NCBI RefSeq assembly: GCF_006345805.1
Contig: NC_042999.1
Span: 15,996,001 to 16,060,000 of the forward strand
DNA from: Octopus sinensis
Taxonomy: Eukaryota
Direction of reading: 5' to 3'
Length of the DNA: 64,000 bases
The notes under the pieces are model-generated. The model saw only the letters and a list, made by a program, of their open reading frames with translations, was not told the origin of the DNA and did no database searches. Of this stretch, positions 1-13,899 are shown piece after piece. The number at the start of each line of letters is the position of its first letter. The first letter of the stretch is position 1. Both the position numbers and the translations under genes were made by a program.

Positions 1-570
1 ATATAATATATATATATTATATATATGAATGTGTGTGTGGTGTACATCTCTGGGTTGCGTGGAACCTGTGGTAATACACGTATGTGTAGCAATATGTATG
101 TATGTGTGTAGTAATATATACTTATGTTACTACACATAGGGATATACAAATGTAGGTGAGCGTGTGTATAATAATAAATTTGTATGTAGTGTGTGAGTGT
201 GTATCACTATGTATATATATGTGTGGTTGTGTGTGTGTGTGATCGCATCTGTGTGGCAGTGTATCTGTGAGCGTGTGAGAGTGTGTCACTATGCATATAT
301 ATGTGTGTGTGTGTGTGTGATCGCATCTGTGTGGCAGTGTATCTGTGTGCATGTGAGCGTGTGTATAATAATACATTTGTATGTAGTGTGTGAGTGTGTG
401 TCACTATGTATATGTATATATATGTGTGTGTGTGTGACAGCATATGTGTGGCAGTGTATATGTATGCATGTGTACGTGTGTACGCATCTCTATGTTGTAG
501 TATAAGTGTCGATGCTGGTGTGAAGTGTACGTATGTCTGCACGGCAGGATGGATACATCTGTAGTAGTAA

Positions 571-613
<43 letters not shown>

Positions 614-1029
614 TGTCTGCGGCTGCTCTTGTTTAGCCCAAGGTCAGAATCTGATTGAACATGGTCTACGATCAAAGACATACCAGACATGACCATCACA
701 TCTGTGTGTTTCAGACACTACGTTGTTCTGTTTTATTTTTCATTTTTTTTTCCGAGTGGGGGTGCTATTCGTAACAGGTTGAGAGGCGGCAACAGAGAGA
801 TTCCCCTCGATGCTAGATCTATCTTACTTCTGTGTGGTGTGTGTATAACGTCTATATTGTTGTGTGTGAGCCTCTATCGGTGATCGTGTGCATGTTGCTA
901 CAAGCACCATCGCCGAGTGCTCTTGTTATGCACTCTCGATGGTGGAGAGTGGTAGAGGCGGTCGGGGGGAGGCACAGTGCAATGACATGGTGGAGATTTT
1001 GTGTAGTGGTGAGTTTGACAACGCATCGC

Positions 1030-1505
1030 CTGCATGCATACATACCACACATATATATACATACATTCATACATCGTACGTACGTACGTACATACATACA
1101 TACACACATATACATACATACATACGTACAATCATACATACATACACACATATATATACATATACATCGTACGTACGTATGTACATACATACAAACATAC
1201 ATTCATACGTACAATCACATACGTACAATCATACATACACATATATACATACATACATACATACATACGTACATATGTACATACATACATACATACATTC
1301 ATACATACAATCATACATACACACATATACATACATACGTACAATCATAAATACATACATACATACACACATATACATACGTACAATCATACATACATAC
1401 ACACATACATACACACATATACATACGTACACTCATACATACATACACACACATATACATACATACATATACACACATACATACATAAATACATACACAC
1501 ATGCA
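1030..1505. repeat. Degenerate (TACA)n/(CATA)n microsatellite
   Basis: Directly visible; similar tracts at 3370-3770, 4310-4720, 8705-9100, 19370-19670 and 24210-24372. Confidence 0.95.
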
Positions 1506-4500
1506 TACGTTCTGCGAGTGTGACATCAATTATACATCAATTTAACTGTGGCAAGTGTATTTATGATGTGTACATATTGAATGCATATATGTACACTGTA
1601 TGTCTCAGAACAATCGCCAGTACATGTGGATGGAGGTCTGAATGAATGATGGGGAGGGAAAAATGCGCGTATGAGCCTAGCTTTCTATCATTATTTGTAC
1701 CTCTTGTTTGTTTATGCCCATACGCATATATAATATATATATATATATATATATAGACACCCATCCGCACATAGAAATTATTTGATCATTGATAAATTCC
1801 TACACGCATATACACACACATACATACACACATACATAAATATATATATATATTTGTTGGAAATTAATCATAGTGTATATCGAGCGAGCACAAGTGCAAT
1901 GATGCGTGTTTGTGCAGGCATATATAACAGGGTGTGTACAATTGTACACTATACATGCAGTTTTCACCATTGTGTTTCACGAGTTAAATATTCATAAACA
2001 TGCGTACACTTGTGTGCGCGTATATATACATATATATATATATATGTATGTATATGCGTGTGGCATTGCGAACAGAGTGTGCGTATGCCATTGCACAGGG
2101 AAGTCTAAATGATTTCCTGAGCAAGTCAAATAATAATATATTAGAAGACAACTGTATAAAATGGTATGTATGTGTATTTGATAGCAGTATATAGCTGCAC
2201 TATGGAACAGATTGATCAACGGGAAAATCTTCGATCTGTGTGGCTCGATCTGCTGGAAACAGCAGTCAAATACCCCTCGTATTACATCTTAGGGATGCAT
2301 TATACCCGGGGAAAAAATGCGGTTACGGTTGGAATCGCTTTGATTAGAGGTTTGCAAGGTCTCTTGTTTTGGGGCTAAACAACAGATTAAATAGATTTAT
2401 TTACAATTACTACTTATTATCTAATGATAATAGTTAATTCCCTGTCGAGAATGTATGTATACAAATAATAAAATAACAAAAGCTTATATATACATTAGTA
2501 CTATATATGAAAAAAAAGTAAATGTACGAGTTGAATACGCAGGGATGCGTTATATATCAATATAATGCATATGTGTATGTGTGTATATATATATACATAT
2601 TTCTTTACGTGGAAGTTTAAATGGTTGTATGTGTAGCTGGCTTTATTTAGCCCTAGGTCAGTCTTGATCGAGCAGATTTAGGTTAACAAAAGCGTTCTAT
2701 ATGTGACCATCTCGTATATTTAGGTGCTTATTTGAAAACATGCATTGTCAAGTCTCCTGTTTACTACTAAAAGCAACAGTGGAATCTGGCTGTTATTTCT
2801 AGCAGGTTGACCGATCGCGTAGTCACCCCCCCATTCATTCGTATGAATGTTTATACGTATGTGTGTGTATGATCGTACGTATGTGCAAAAGTTTCAGCGT
2901 ATACATAATGCAATATTCGAAATGAAAGGAACTTCGGTGAATAAAATATCTGCATGTGTGTGCATTTATATGCATCTTTAGTGTGCAACACATACAACTC
3001 TGATTGATGTGATCCATACACACACATCTACACACATGCATGCATGTGTGTGTCTATCAATAGGTACGGCCATAAGGAAGAACAAGCACTCAAAACACAA
3101 AGTTGAGTGACCACCAATATTTTAAAACAGATTATTACATCTTCGTTACTCCAGGTTTCGTGTTACCGCTTATCGACACGACTGAAAAGTCCTCATTCTT
3201 TTTTTTTTTTTTTCAATCTCACACACAGACACACACACACACGTGCATATGTGTGTAAAAATCTTTCGGTGTTTATCAGCGGTTTCGGTATATGTATGTA
3301 TGTCAATTTATGTGCATCTGGTATGTGCATCAAAATACAATAAGATCATATACAATTGTATTTATATCACATATATATATATATATGACATACATACGTA
3401 TATGTATCATATATGTCCATGATATACACACGTACATGTATCATATACTTATATATATATATATATACGTACGTGTATCGTATACTTATGTATATATATA
3501 TTATATATATATTTCACTATCACACACACACGTGTATATGTGTGTGTGTGAAAATTTTTTATATATACATACATATACACATAATACATATATATATACA
3601 CATACATACATACATACATATACACATAATACATATATATATACACATACATACATATACACATACATATACATACATACATACACACACACATACATAC
3701 ACACACACATACATACACACACACATACAATCATACATACATACATACATACATACATACATGTATGTGTATATAATATGTGCGTGTGCGCGTAAATTAT
3801 TCACACACACACACGCATTGATTTTATTCAACAATGAAATAATTTAGATGGGAAGAATATCTGAGTGAACATTTACCAAGTAATAAGTCAATATAACAGC
3901 AATATTACAAACAATATAGAGGCGACATAAAAGGCAAAGAACAATCAATTAAAGGCTGCCCCCTTCCAGAAGACCAAGACGCAAGGTGCTCCTTCATAAT
4001 TACGATCAAGTGACTGCTAGAAATAGCAGTCAAATTCCGTTTGATTAATTATCATTATTATTGTTGATTATTATTTAAAAAAAAAAAATTTTTTTTTTAT
4101 CATAATATATTTGAGAATTCGGAAAATGAATGAAAATAATAAAAATAATATTTTCTTTGGAATACTTGATACATTTTTTTTTTTTGAAAAAAATAAAAAA
4201 AACTTACTGCATTATTTAAATGAAATTATAAAATGAATGAAACAAATACATTTTTTTTTATATAAGTGTATATATTATATTATTGAAGCAAAACATACCA
4301 AGAGGTGTGTATATATATATATAAATATATGTATATGTATGTATATATATACATGTGTGTATGTGTGTGTGTGTATGCTTGTATATATATATATATATAC
4401 ATGTGTGTGTATATATATGTGAATGTTTGTATATATATATATATATATACATGTGTGTGTATATATATGTGAATACTTGTACATGTATGTATATATATAT

Positions 4501-5213
4501 GTATATGTGAATACTTGTATATGTATATATATATATATATATACATACATGTGTATATATATGTATATGTGAATGCTTGTATATGTGTGTATATATGTAT
4601 ATACATGTGTGTGTATATTTGTATATGTGTATGCATGTATGTACATATGTTTATATATTTATGTATATATGTTGTATATATTATGTTTATGTATATATTT
4701 GAGCAAGTATATTTAATCTATATATATACATACATTTGAGCATGTGTGTATGCATGTATGGATATGCACATGTGTATATATAGTACATGTATACAATATG
4801 TATATAGTTTATGTATATAGTATGTGTATATAGTATGTATATATATGTACATTAGTCTGTCTGTATAAATATTTCTGCATAAATGTGCGCATGTATGTAT
4901 GTCTATCTACAAATGCATATAGTACATATATAGTACGTATCTACGTATGCATATACTATGTATATAGTACGTATGTGTGTGTATAAATACACACACAGTT
5001 GCATATATGTATGTGTGCATGTATGCGTATGTATGAACATGTATATAGTCTCTGTGTGTGTATACATTTATGCATATATATATACATATATATATCGTGC
5101 GATTGCATATACATTTAATGGGGGAGGGGGGAAATGATAGGATTTTCTTTTTTTTTGATTTTTTTTCTTCTTTTTTTTTTTTGGTTGTTTGTTTTTAAAT
5201 TGTTTGAACTTAC

Positions 5214-5304
5214 CGTCCTCATCCTCCAGGCATTTGCTATTAATAAGCAGCGTAAAACAGGAGAAGACAATAACAGTCACCACACTAAACATAACAATCT
5301 TCAT
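5214..5304 (-). CDS. First coding exon of an unidentified secreted or membrane protein (signal peptide [30 protein letters not shown]); remaining exons probably lie left of the window
   Basis: ATG in AAAACAATG context; basic N-terminus, hydrophobic core, then acidic residues; 91 nt exon ending at a consensus G|GTAAGT donor (plus-strand ACTTAC 5208-5213). A phase-1 intron after a signal peptide is common. Confidence 0.7.
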
Positions 5305-6189
5305 TGTTTTAGTCCAACGTAACGGACAGTGGAATTGGAAGAAAGCAGACGACGAGTAAAGTCCATAGGCGGTGTGTGTGTATTAGAACACTGGTAGATA
5401 GATAGAGCGAGGGGGGGAGTGAGAGTAGAGCTGTGATAGTGAGTGAGTGAGAGAGAGAGAGATAGAATGATAGAAAGGAGCGAGCGAGCGAGCGAGTGAA
5501 GGGGAGAGAGAGATAGAACGGGTGAGCGAGCGAGCGAGCGAGTGAGTGAGTGAGAGTGAGAGAGAGGAATAGACTGACAGCTACAAAGAGAGGGATTGGA
5601 TGAAACAGAGTGTAAGTGTACGTATGGGAGTGTAGCGTGTATATATATATATGTGCGCGTATATATATATATGTATGTATATATATATATATATATTATA
5701 TATATATATGTATGTATGTATATATATATGTATGTATATATATATGTATATATGTATGTATATATATGTATCAATATATGTATGAAGATATATGAATGTA
5801 TATATATGTATGTATATATATGTGTGTGTATATATATGTGTGTGTGTGTGTGTATATATAGAGAGAGAGGGGGAAGGGATAGAGAAATAGACTAACAGCT
5901 ACAAAGAGAGGGATTAGATAAAGTAGTGTATACGTGTGTGAGTGTGAAATGTGTGCGTGAGTGTGAAATGTGTGTGTGAGTGTGAGTGAAGAAAAGCGAG
6001 AAAGAGAGTGATGTGGAGTGAAAGTAAGTCAATTAGAAATACTAGTAAAAAAGAGAGAGAGAGAGCGAGATAGAGAGAGGAGGGAAAAAAAGGAAAGAGA
6101 CGCAGAAGAGAATTGAATGAAGTAGAGTAAAAAAGAGAGTGAGACAGAGATAAAGAGAGAGAGGAAGAGAAAAAGAGGGAGAGAAGGAG

Positions 6190-6900
6190 AGAGAGAAATG
6201 GATGGATGCAGACGACAGCGACGTGCAAGAAGACACTGAGTGTGCGTCGGTAGCAGTGACGGCGCGTCTCTTTGCCGCCGCCGCCGCTTGCTTGCTTGGT
6301 ACCTCCTCCGTCACTCCGCCACCGCCACTATCCGACAAACGTGGTACTTGTAGCTCTGGTCCTATGTATATATATATTATATATATATATATATGTAAAT
6401 ATATATATATATTCCTGCTTGGTGAATTTTTTCCAGCAACACTTGAAGAGTGGACGATGATGTTAATAATAATAATATAATAATAATAATGTAGTTTAGC
6501 CGGTAGTACTGAATGGTTTCAGGTTGTTAATACAGTAGTAGTGGTTGTGTTAGAGTAGCGGCGACGGCGGCGTCGTCGTCGGTGGTGGTGGTGGTGAATA
6601 CGCAGATACGACGTAGTGGTGGTGGTGGCGGTGGCGGCGGCAGCAGCCGCCATTTATAACTCCGACATCTGCCGAACGGTTGGGAACGGTGTTCAAATGA
6701 CGAGTAAGACAAGACTACATCCAAACAAGCCATGTGTAAAGTGCTTCGCCTTGGTTATTATCACAGACCATCGTTGCTCTCCCCATCCTTTTACTATACC
6801 CTCGAAGCCCTCGCTGACGACGGCTGTGTGTAGTTGCTCCGATTCAGACTGGAGGTGTTGCTGGCATCTTGCATGACTGGATGAAGACACATGCTTCAAT
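6190..6900. promoter_or_regulatory. CpG/GC-rich island, likely promoter or 5' UTR of the minus-strand gene; YY1-like motif GCCGCCATTT at 6646-6655
   Basis: Local GC and CpG enrichment with (GCC)n, (GGT)n and (CGT)n tracts in AT-rich DNA, about 1 kb upstream of the signal-peptide exon. Confidence 0.45.
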
Positions 6901-8741
6901 AGATAAGAAAAGAAAAGAGAAACTGTGTGAGTGTATCTGTGGTTGTGTCTGTGTGTGCGTACCAAATGTCTAGCAGTATCCGTGTTGAAAAGAGAGCGAG
7001 TGTGCGATGAATGAATGAACGAGTAAATGTTTTAAAAAGTGAGCGCGAATGAATGAATGAATGAATGAACGTCTGTGTGTGTGTGTGTGTGTGTGCCTGC
7101 ATCAGAGAAAAACTGAAAGCGAGAGAAAAAGAAAGCTTGTGTTTGAATAGATAGATGTATCATAAAACTGAATGTGTGTATGAAAGAGAGAGAGATCGAG
7201 AAGGGGGAAATGATGAAGAGTGACAGAGAATCGAAAAGACAGTAAAAGACAACGAACGGTCAAGTATAGGAAAAAGAAAAAAATCGAGAGGAGATGCTGA
7301 TTTTTTACTGCCCACTTAAAGATTACTTTATCATGGATATATATATATAGATATGTATACATAAAAAAAATATGAATCTCCGAAGGATCGGGAGAAAAAA
7401 GAAGAAATATGAGGAAAGTCCCGATGAAGACGGCGATAAAAACAAAAGTCGATTAACACAGAAAAACCCTCAACTGGAAAGCGCTATATTTTTTGTTCTT
7501 TAGTATCAAAAATCTTTTATTTAAAATCTTTTTTTTTTTCAGCCAGGTTTGTTTTTTTTTTCATCTTGATCAGAACTGCACAGATGTATATCAACTAACG
7601 AAGATTTGATTGCAAATATATATATATAATATGTATATAAATGTGTGTGTGTGTATATATATTTGAATATATATATTTGACGGAGTGTTGTTCTCCGCTC
7701 ATGCGGCACTTTTCTTCCCCATCGTTCAGAAGGACGGACTTAATAACAACAAGCTTTTGTTTTTCTTTTAAATGAAAGAACATATGTTTAAAGAGTGACC
7801 GTGCGTGATAGAAAAGCATGTGAAAAGTCGAGAGACGATCGAAAGAGAAGAGCGAGAGAGAAAGAAAGTAAAAGGGCGAAAAGCTCTGCAAATACAGTGA
7901 AATCGCATTTCTCCTATACACGTATTCCTTGTAATATTAACCAAAAAATTATGTATATATAGAGAGATAGAGAGAAAGAGAAAGTGTGTATGTGTGACTT
8001 TACAGTACCTTAATGACCTGTGTGAATCACAGGTATGCATGTGGATATATGTATGCACTTATATTATTTATAAAAATATAAATGTTGTTAAGTTTTCAGA
8101 AAAGATCATAAAATTTTTCAAAAATTCTAATTTGCGCTCGAATAACAACACTCAACTTCAGCGATCCACGTTTCTATTCTGGAATGAACAATTAGATGTT
8201 TGCTCTGCAATTATCCTATTCTTTCGTAGGTTTTTTTAATACATATAATAATGGCAGTAGTCTTGCTAAACAAAAATGTATATATGACGAATGTTAATTT
8301 TATATATATATATATATATTATATCTGTTTGATTTTGTGTATTGTTTATTTATTTCATTCTAAGATGTGTGATTAATTATGCAGATACGTGTCATGTTTT
8401 GTGAGCACGATTGTATAAACACGGCTGAGTAAAGTTGACAGGAGCAGGTGCGCAAGTTTTGTTTTGTTTTTTTATTTCTTTCTTTATTATCATTATTATT
8501 ATTGTTATTATTATTATTACTATTATTCTTATTGTTGTTGTTGTTGTTATTGTTATTATTGCTGTTGTTGTTGTTTTTGAAAGTAAATTAGTGTTTGACA
8601 GTGTAACATCTGTGTGTATGTCACGAACACGTCTATTAAAAAAAAAAAGCGTTAGTGGGTAGTTGTTCAGAACTGTGATTGTGAATATTTCTTATCAATT
8701 TACTTATATATATATATATATATATATATGGCCTTATGTAA

Positions 8742-8778
<37 letters not shown>

Positions 8779-9841
8779 GTGTGTGTGTGTGTGTGTGTGT
8801 GTGTTTGTATGTATATATATATATGTGTGTGTGTTTGTATGTATATATATATATATATTATATATATATATATGTGTGTGTGTGTTTGTATGTATATATA
8901 TATATATGTATGTACATTTGTATATATGTGTTTGTATGTATATATATGTATGTACATTTGTATATATATGTGTGTGTGTGTTTGTATGTATATATATGTA
9001 TGTACATATGTATGTGTGTGTGTATATATAAATGCATATGTATATATATATATGATATATGTGTGTATGTATATAAATTCATGTGTATATCTATCTATAT
9101 ATTGTGAGATTGAAATATGAGTGTTGATAGTGACTTCGAAGCTTCGGTCTGCTAGCTTTCATGCACTCTCCCCAAAAATATTGAGTAACCCTTTGATCTA
9201 AAATTGGTTTTATTACTTGACATAAAAACAAACATGCACACACGTGTGTATAGAGAGAGAGGAAGGGGGAGTCATGTGTGTACAAACTGGGACAAGAACG
9301 TGAAACATTTAGAAGACGATACAAAAAACACGGACGGGACATTCGAAGCCTTCAATTTTCAGTCAAGAACCGGATCATCTTCGCAATTTCGGCTGATTAA
9401 TCTTATATATATATATATAGGTGTGGGTGTGCGTATAATTAGTAAATTGCGGATAAAAATTGGGTCATTTATTTACTTAATGTTTTGTTAATGAAAATAA
9501 ATCTGCTGTTGAGGATCAGCGAAATATATTTTGGATTTTGTCTTTTTTCCGTGAAATTTTCAAGTAAATCAAATAAATTTACAGTTGGTAGAGAAACGTG
9601 TTGTGAAAAAAAAAAAAAAAGTGAGTGAGTGAGCGCAAAAGGAGATTGAAACTGTTCTTGTAAGCATCGATGAAACGAAGAGAGCATTTGTGTCTGTATG
9701 TGGGCCTCAGTGAATGAATGAATGAATGGAATGGAATGAACGGCTGCTTGGCAAACGAATATTAATGGTTAAACAGTAGCCACGAAACGAACGAAGTATG
9801 CTATTGAAAAGGTGAGTGTTTGAGAAAGAAGAAAACATAAT

Positions 9842-10295
9842 TGGGCGATCTTTCGTCTCTAGTAGACCTTTCCGTCGATTTCCGTAAAAAAATTTTTTTT
9901 TTTTACATATGGGCTTGCGGGAACTTTTGAAGTAATGTGAGCGAAAGAGACTAAGAGAAAGCGATTGTATGAGGAGGGAAGTTCTTTTGAAGTTACCATG
10001 CATGGGAGCATTGATGTACATGTGTGTGTGCGTGTTTGATGGGGTGTGGGAGACAGACAGTATGTTGTGTAAGTGAAGTGCTTCTGTTAGTGTGTGTGAA
10101 GAGACAGAGTAATGTGTGAAAGAAAGAGATAACTGAAATTTTTTACTCGGTGTATGTGTATATGTATGTATGCATGTATGTGTATGTGTATATGTATGTA
10201 TATTACTTCAAAAGTTCCCGCAAGCCCATATGTAAAAAAAAAAAAATTTTTACGGAAATCGACGGAAAGGTCTACTAGAGACGAAAGATCGCCCA
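9842..10295. repeat. Near-perfect ~95 bp inverted repeat (9842-9936 / 10202-10295)
   Basis: TGGGCGATCTTTCGTCTCTAGTAGACC... and its reverse complement. Confidence 0.9.
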
Positions 10296-11099
10296 TAATT
10301 GTATGAAATAAAGAAGAATCAAAATGAAAAGGGATGCGAGTTTAGTTTAGTTTTTTTCTTTTTTTCTTAAGAAAACATACACGTGCTTCTTATTATATAA
10401 TATATATGTTTGTTACAGGAGTGAGGCGTGCATTCACACGCTACAAAAAAGTAAAACGAAATTGCTAATTAAAAATTGCAACATAAGCGAACCCCACTGA
10501 TGTGGTCCGCGCGGTCGCAAAAGTTTTTTAAAGTAAAAATTTCTGTTATTGGCCTCAGGCACTAGGACCATTTATAATTACTAAAATACTTTTGTTTTAT
10601 TACAAAAAAAGTGTTATAATTTTCGTTGTCGCGTGATCCGAAGACTTGGTCTTAGAATTTGTTTTGCTCTTTTCCGGTAGTATCGTTGATATTGCGATCG
10701 ATATTAATTGTTTCAATCGACCTAGAACAGATATATAATGATTTCAGCAATGGAATTTTAAAAACCCAGGTTTTGTCAGTAATTTTTATTAATATCTTAT
10801 TTCGTCTTTTGTTAAAATTGACATATCCTTAATAGGTTGTTTAAGTTCCCTGAGTAAGCTAGAACACAATAGTTTTCTTTTGTTATACTTTTGTATTTAG
10901 TCATGTGTGTCGTAGAGCAAGAAAGCGGTCAACGTCTTGTCCCCTGATAAAATCACCCCACTTCATTTTGTACCTCTGAAGAATACCACCTCATTTTTCC
11001 CTTCAACTAAAATCATATGACCGCCTACTTTGTCCAGCCACACATTGATTTTTCTGCTTAGATTTCGTTTAATTTTGTAACTGTTAGAAAATTACTGAC

Positions 11100-11419
11100 T
11101 AGTTCACATTCTGTTAGGGTAACCGCTACATTAAGTGAAAGCGAACCTCCAACTTTTCCCATTGTCTTTTCATTTCATTCATACACAAGTTTTAACTCAC
11201 TTCTCAGCAGTGTGTGTATGCGTGCGTGTGCTGTAGTTTTTTTGAATAGGGCTTCAAACCTTTTCGTTTACTTGTACCGAGAGAACACAAAAAGATTGTA
11301 TTTTCCCCCCAAGAAACTACTTGCACTACTCAATCTAGACAATCTGACTAGATGTATTTATTTATCCTAGCGATAAGAGAAGTAGCGAACTGCTGTGTCA
11401 GCGATAACTTAGCTTGCAG
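11100..11419 (+). other. Putative non-coding first exon of a plus-strand gene (start approximate)
   Basis: Consensus donor CAG|GTGAGT at 11419/11420 in unique, CpG-retaining, non-repetitive sequence. Confidence 0.35.
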
Positions 11420-12309
11420 GTGAGTTTAAGAGATGATTTAACTCGGTTGCGGGCGAGAAGTGAGATAGATAAAGAGAAATAAAAATCACACATTTTCAGT
11501 CGTGGGTAAGCTAGTAAAAGCGATGAGAGTTTAAATTGTATATCTATATATATATATAACATGGCCTTACAGACCTTGCAACAGAGATGGTGATGATTGA
11601 TGTTAAAATAGTTGAAAGATATTTCTGGGGATAAAACACCACCTGAAGAATGTTTTTTTTTCTCTTTTCGTTTTTGTTACGCGGATATGAAACGAGAGAT
11701 TTTTCTCTTTCAGTTTATTTGTTTTTCTTTCTTTTTATTTTTTTATTGAAGATGAAAAATATTGCAGTTGTGTCTCTGAAATGCATTTTAGATGTAAGTA
11801 AAATAAATTGCTTTTCCCGCTGGGAATTGAAATCAAGTTGTTCACCTGATGCCTTTGTCGTGAACTTAAATTCTATACCATGTCATTCTCGCAAATACGC
11901 CACACGGCTATACATTTTGGAATAAGTCTATGTTGATTTTAATAGAACTCTAGTGGCTTAACTGCTACTTATTTTATCGATCTCAGAATGGAAGGCTATA
12001 ACTATTCCGCCTTGATTTCAACTCGGAAAGTAAAGGCAATTAAATGCCATATTTTGTCCGATGTCTTCCTATCTAGCATCCCTTGCTCTCCTTCGTAAAA
12101 AAAAATTAATTAAACATTTCCTGCATTTGTATGGTGATTGCCAACCTTTTCGCTAATAAGAGAAGCCCTTTTATTTAAATGAATTTTCTTCGAAAACCCA
12201 CCACCCAGGTTTTTGAGTGGTCAGTCTATCGAAAAAGCCGATTTTGTTAACTAAGTCGTCTTCTTAGTTTAAAGATCATATATATATATATATTTAGATA
12301 GATAGATAT

Positions 12310-12480
12310 GTTTCTTTATTAGCCACACAGGGCTGCACACTGACGGGACAGATTACAAAGTAGAGCTTTTCTTTTGGGGAGAAAGAAAAAAAAAGTGGGG
12401 TAGGTTTTCGATCAAAAGGGATCGTAAAAGGGAAAGAAGAAAAAAGGAAAAGAAACAAGAAAATAAAACGATCAATAGAT
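12310..12480 (-). mobile_element. 3' end of a LINE-like element (possibly L1/Tx1); second copy at 57250-57378 (+)
   Basis: Two copies ending CAGCCCTGTGTGGCYAATAAAGAAA; tail resembles that of the Meta-type SINE. Confidence 0.5.
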
Positions 12481-12778
12481 AGATAGATGAGTAGTATATT
12501 TTATACTGCAGCCGTTCAATAGTTTGAATGCAACCCACAGATCTCTGTGCGTCTTTGGTAAACCTAGTTTGGGGACCACTGCATTAACGAAATACCCCAC
12601 GGAGCTAAGTTTGAGTCTAGTGGAATGACACTAGTAAATGCATAGTGCGTATTTTCATCTGACCCGAGATTATAAAAAGCTGATGAGAGTTGAACAAAAA
12701 AAAAAAAGAGGGCGAAAAGTATATTTTTATCTGGCCCTTTCGTCCAGTAAGTTTCTCCCTATTTGCGAAAGATGAAAT

Positions 12779-13163
12779 GGCGAAGGTAAAGAGCGTGCAC
12801 ACCATCCATCGGACGAAAGTAAAACATCATCCGGCGTTTTTACTTTTTTCAAAGCGGGGAGGTGATTAGTGGGGGAATGGGCTTTTAGTGTTTTTTAAGA
12901 AAAATTAAAATTTAAAAAAAATATATTCGCAGATTCGTTATCTCTGCACTTTTTATACGTGGATAAAAAAAAGAATTCGAAAAAAAGTTTAAAATTAAGA
13001 AATTGATGGTTGTGGGGGGTGGGGGTTAAAATTTTGAAAACGTGATTTTCGACCAAAATCGTATTCTCCTATATCGAAAGCAGACATCCGAAAAAATTCT
13101 GGAAAAAAAGCAAAAACCCCAAAAAATCGGAAATGGGTGGTGTGCACGCGCTTTATCTCCGCT
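12779..13163. mobile_element. MITE with ~31 bp TIRs and 8 bp TSD (Merlin-like; hAT or P not excluded)
   Basis: Left TIR GGCGAAGGTAAAGAGCGTGCACACCATCCAT, right TIR (reverse complement) AGCGGAGATAAAGCGCGTGCACACCACCCAT; GATGAAAT at both 12771-12778 and 13164-13171. Confidence 0.8.
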
Positions 13164-13626
13164 GATGAAATACATTGAACCAAGATCATAAACACAAAAG
13201 AAAGCTGGGATAAACGCTGACACATCCATCGTTGATCACTTTTAAAAGAAAGCCATTTGACTGATGAGCCAAGATGAACTTAGACGCTTTAACCATCTAT
13301 TCCCCCACCCCTCTCTCTCTCTTTCTCCCCCCTGCTGTCGTCTTCTACTAATGTCGTTGTTTAGTATCAAGTCAACCTTTATTGAGAGACCTCTGATCAA
13401 ATGCTTTCCAACCATGACCAAACTTTCTTTTTCCTATAAGAAGGGGACACACAATGTTAACCAATGTTATAGCATAGGATTTGGCTGCTATTTCTAGCAA
13501 GTAGGGCGACCATATTGAGGCTTCCTCAGAAATCGCAAGGAAATCCTCTCATACCTCCTACGTCATCTACTCAGCCTTCCAGAAATGGCAGCATCAATGG
13601 GTCCTATGCCTCAAATATATATCAAC

Positions 13627-13890
13627 ATCATCATCATCATCGTTTAAAGTCCGTTTTCCACGCTGGCATGGGTTGGAAGGTTTGATTGTGGTCTGGAGAG
13701 CCTGCAGCTGCACCAGGCTCCAGTCTGATCTGGCAGAGTTTCTACAGCTGGATGCCCTTCCTAATGCCACCACTCTGAGAGTGTAGGGGGTGCTTTTTAC
13801 GTGCCACCGGCACAGGAACCAGGCGATACTGGCATTGATCATGTTTGCATAGTGCTTTTTACGTGCCACGTTCAGATGGTGCTTTTTTCG
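13627..13890 (-). mobile_element. RTE-clade LINE 3' UTR fragment with (GAT)n tail
   Basis: Same family as 61020-61622; core GGATGCCCTTCCTAATGCC shared by more than ten copies in the window. Confidence 0.75.
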
Positions 13891-13899
13891 TACCACATA

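Noticed and set aside
3135-3185. Possible second minus-strand exon after TTTTCAG
   Set aside because: Phase-1 reading hits a stop after about 15 codons; weak pyrimidine tract
122-4739. Many His/Thr/Tyr/Ile or Val/Cys/Met-rich ORFs
   Set aside because: Stop-free microsatellite frames
6042-6480. ORFs MSDSGGGG... (-) and MDADDSD... (+)
   Set aside because: Run into GA or TA microsatellites, no strong splice donor; the minus ORF starts at TTG
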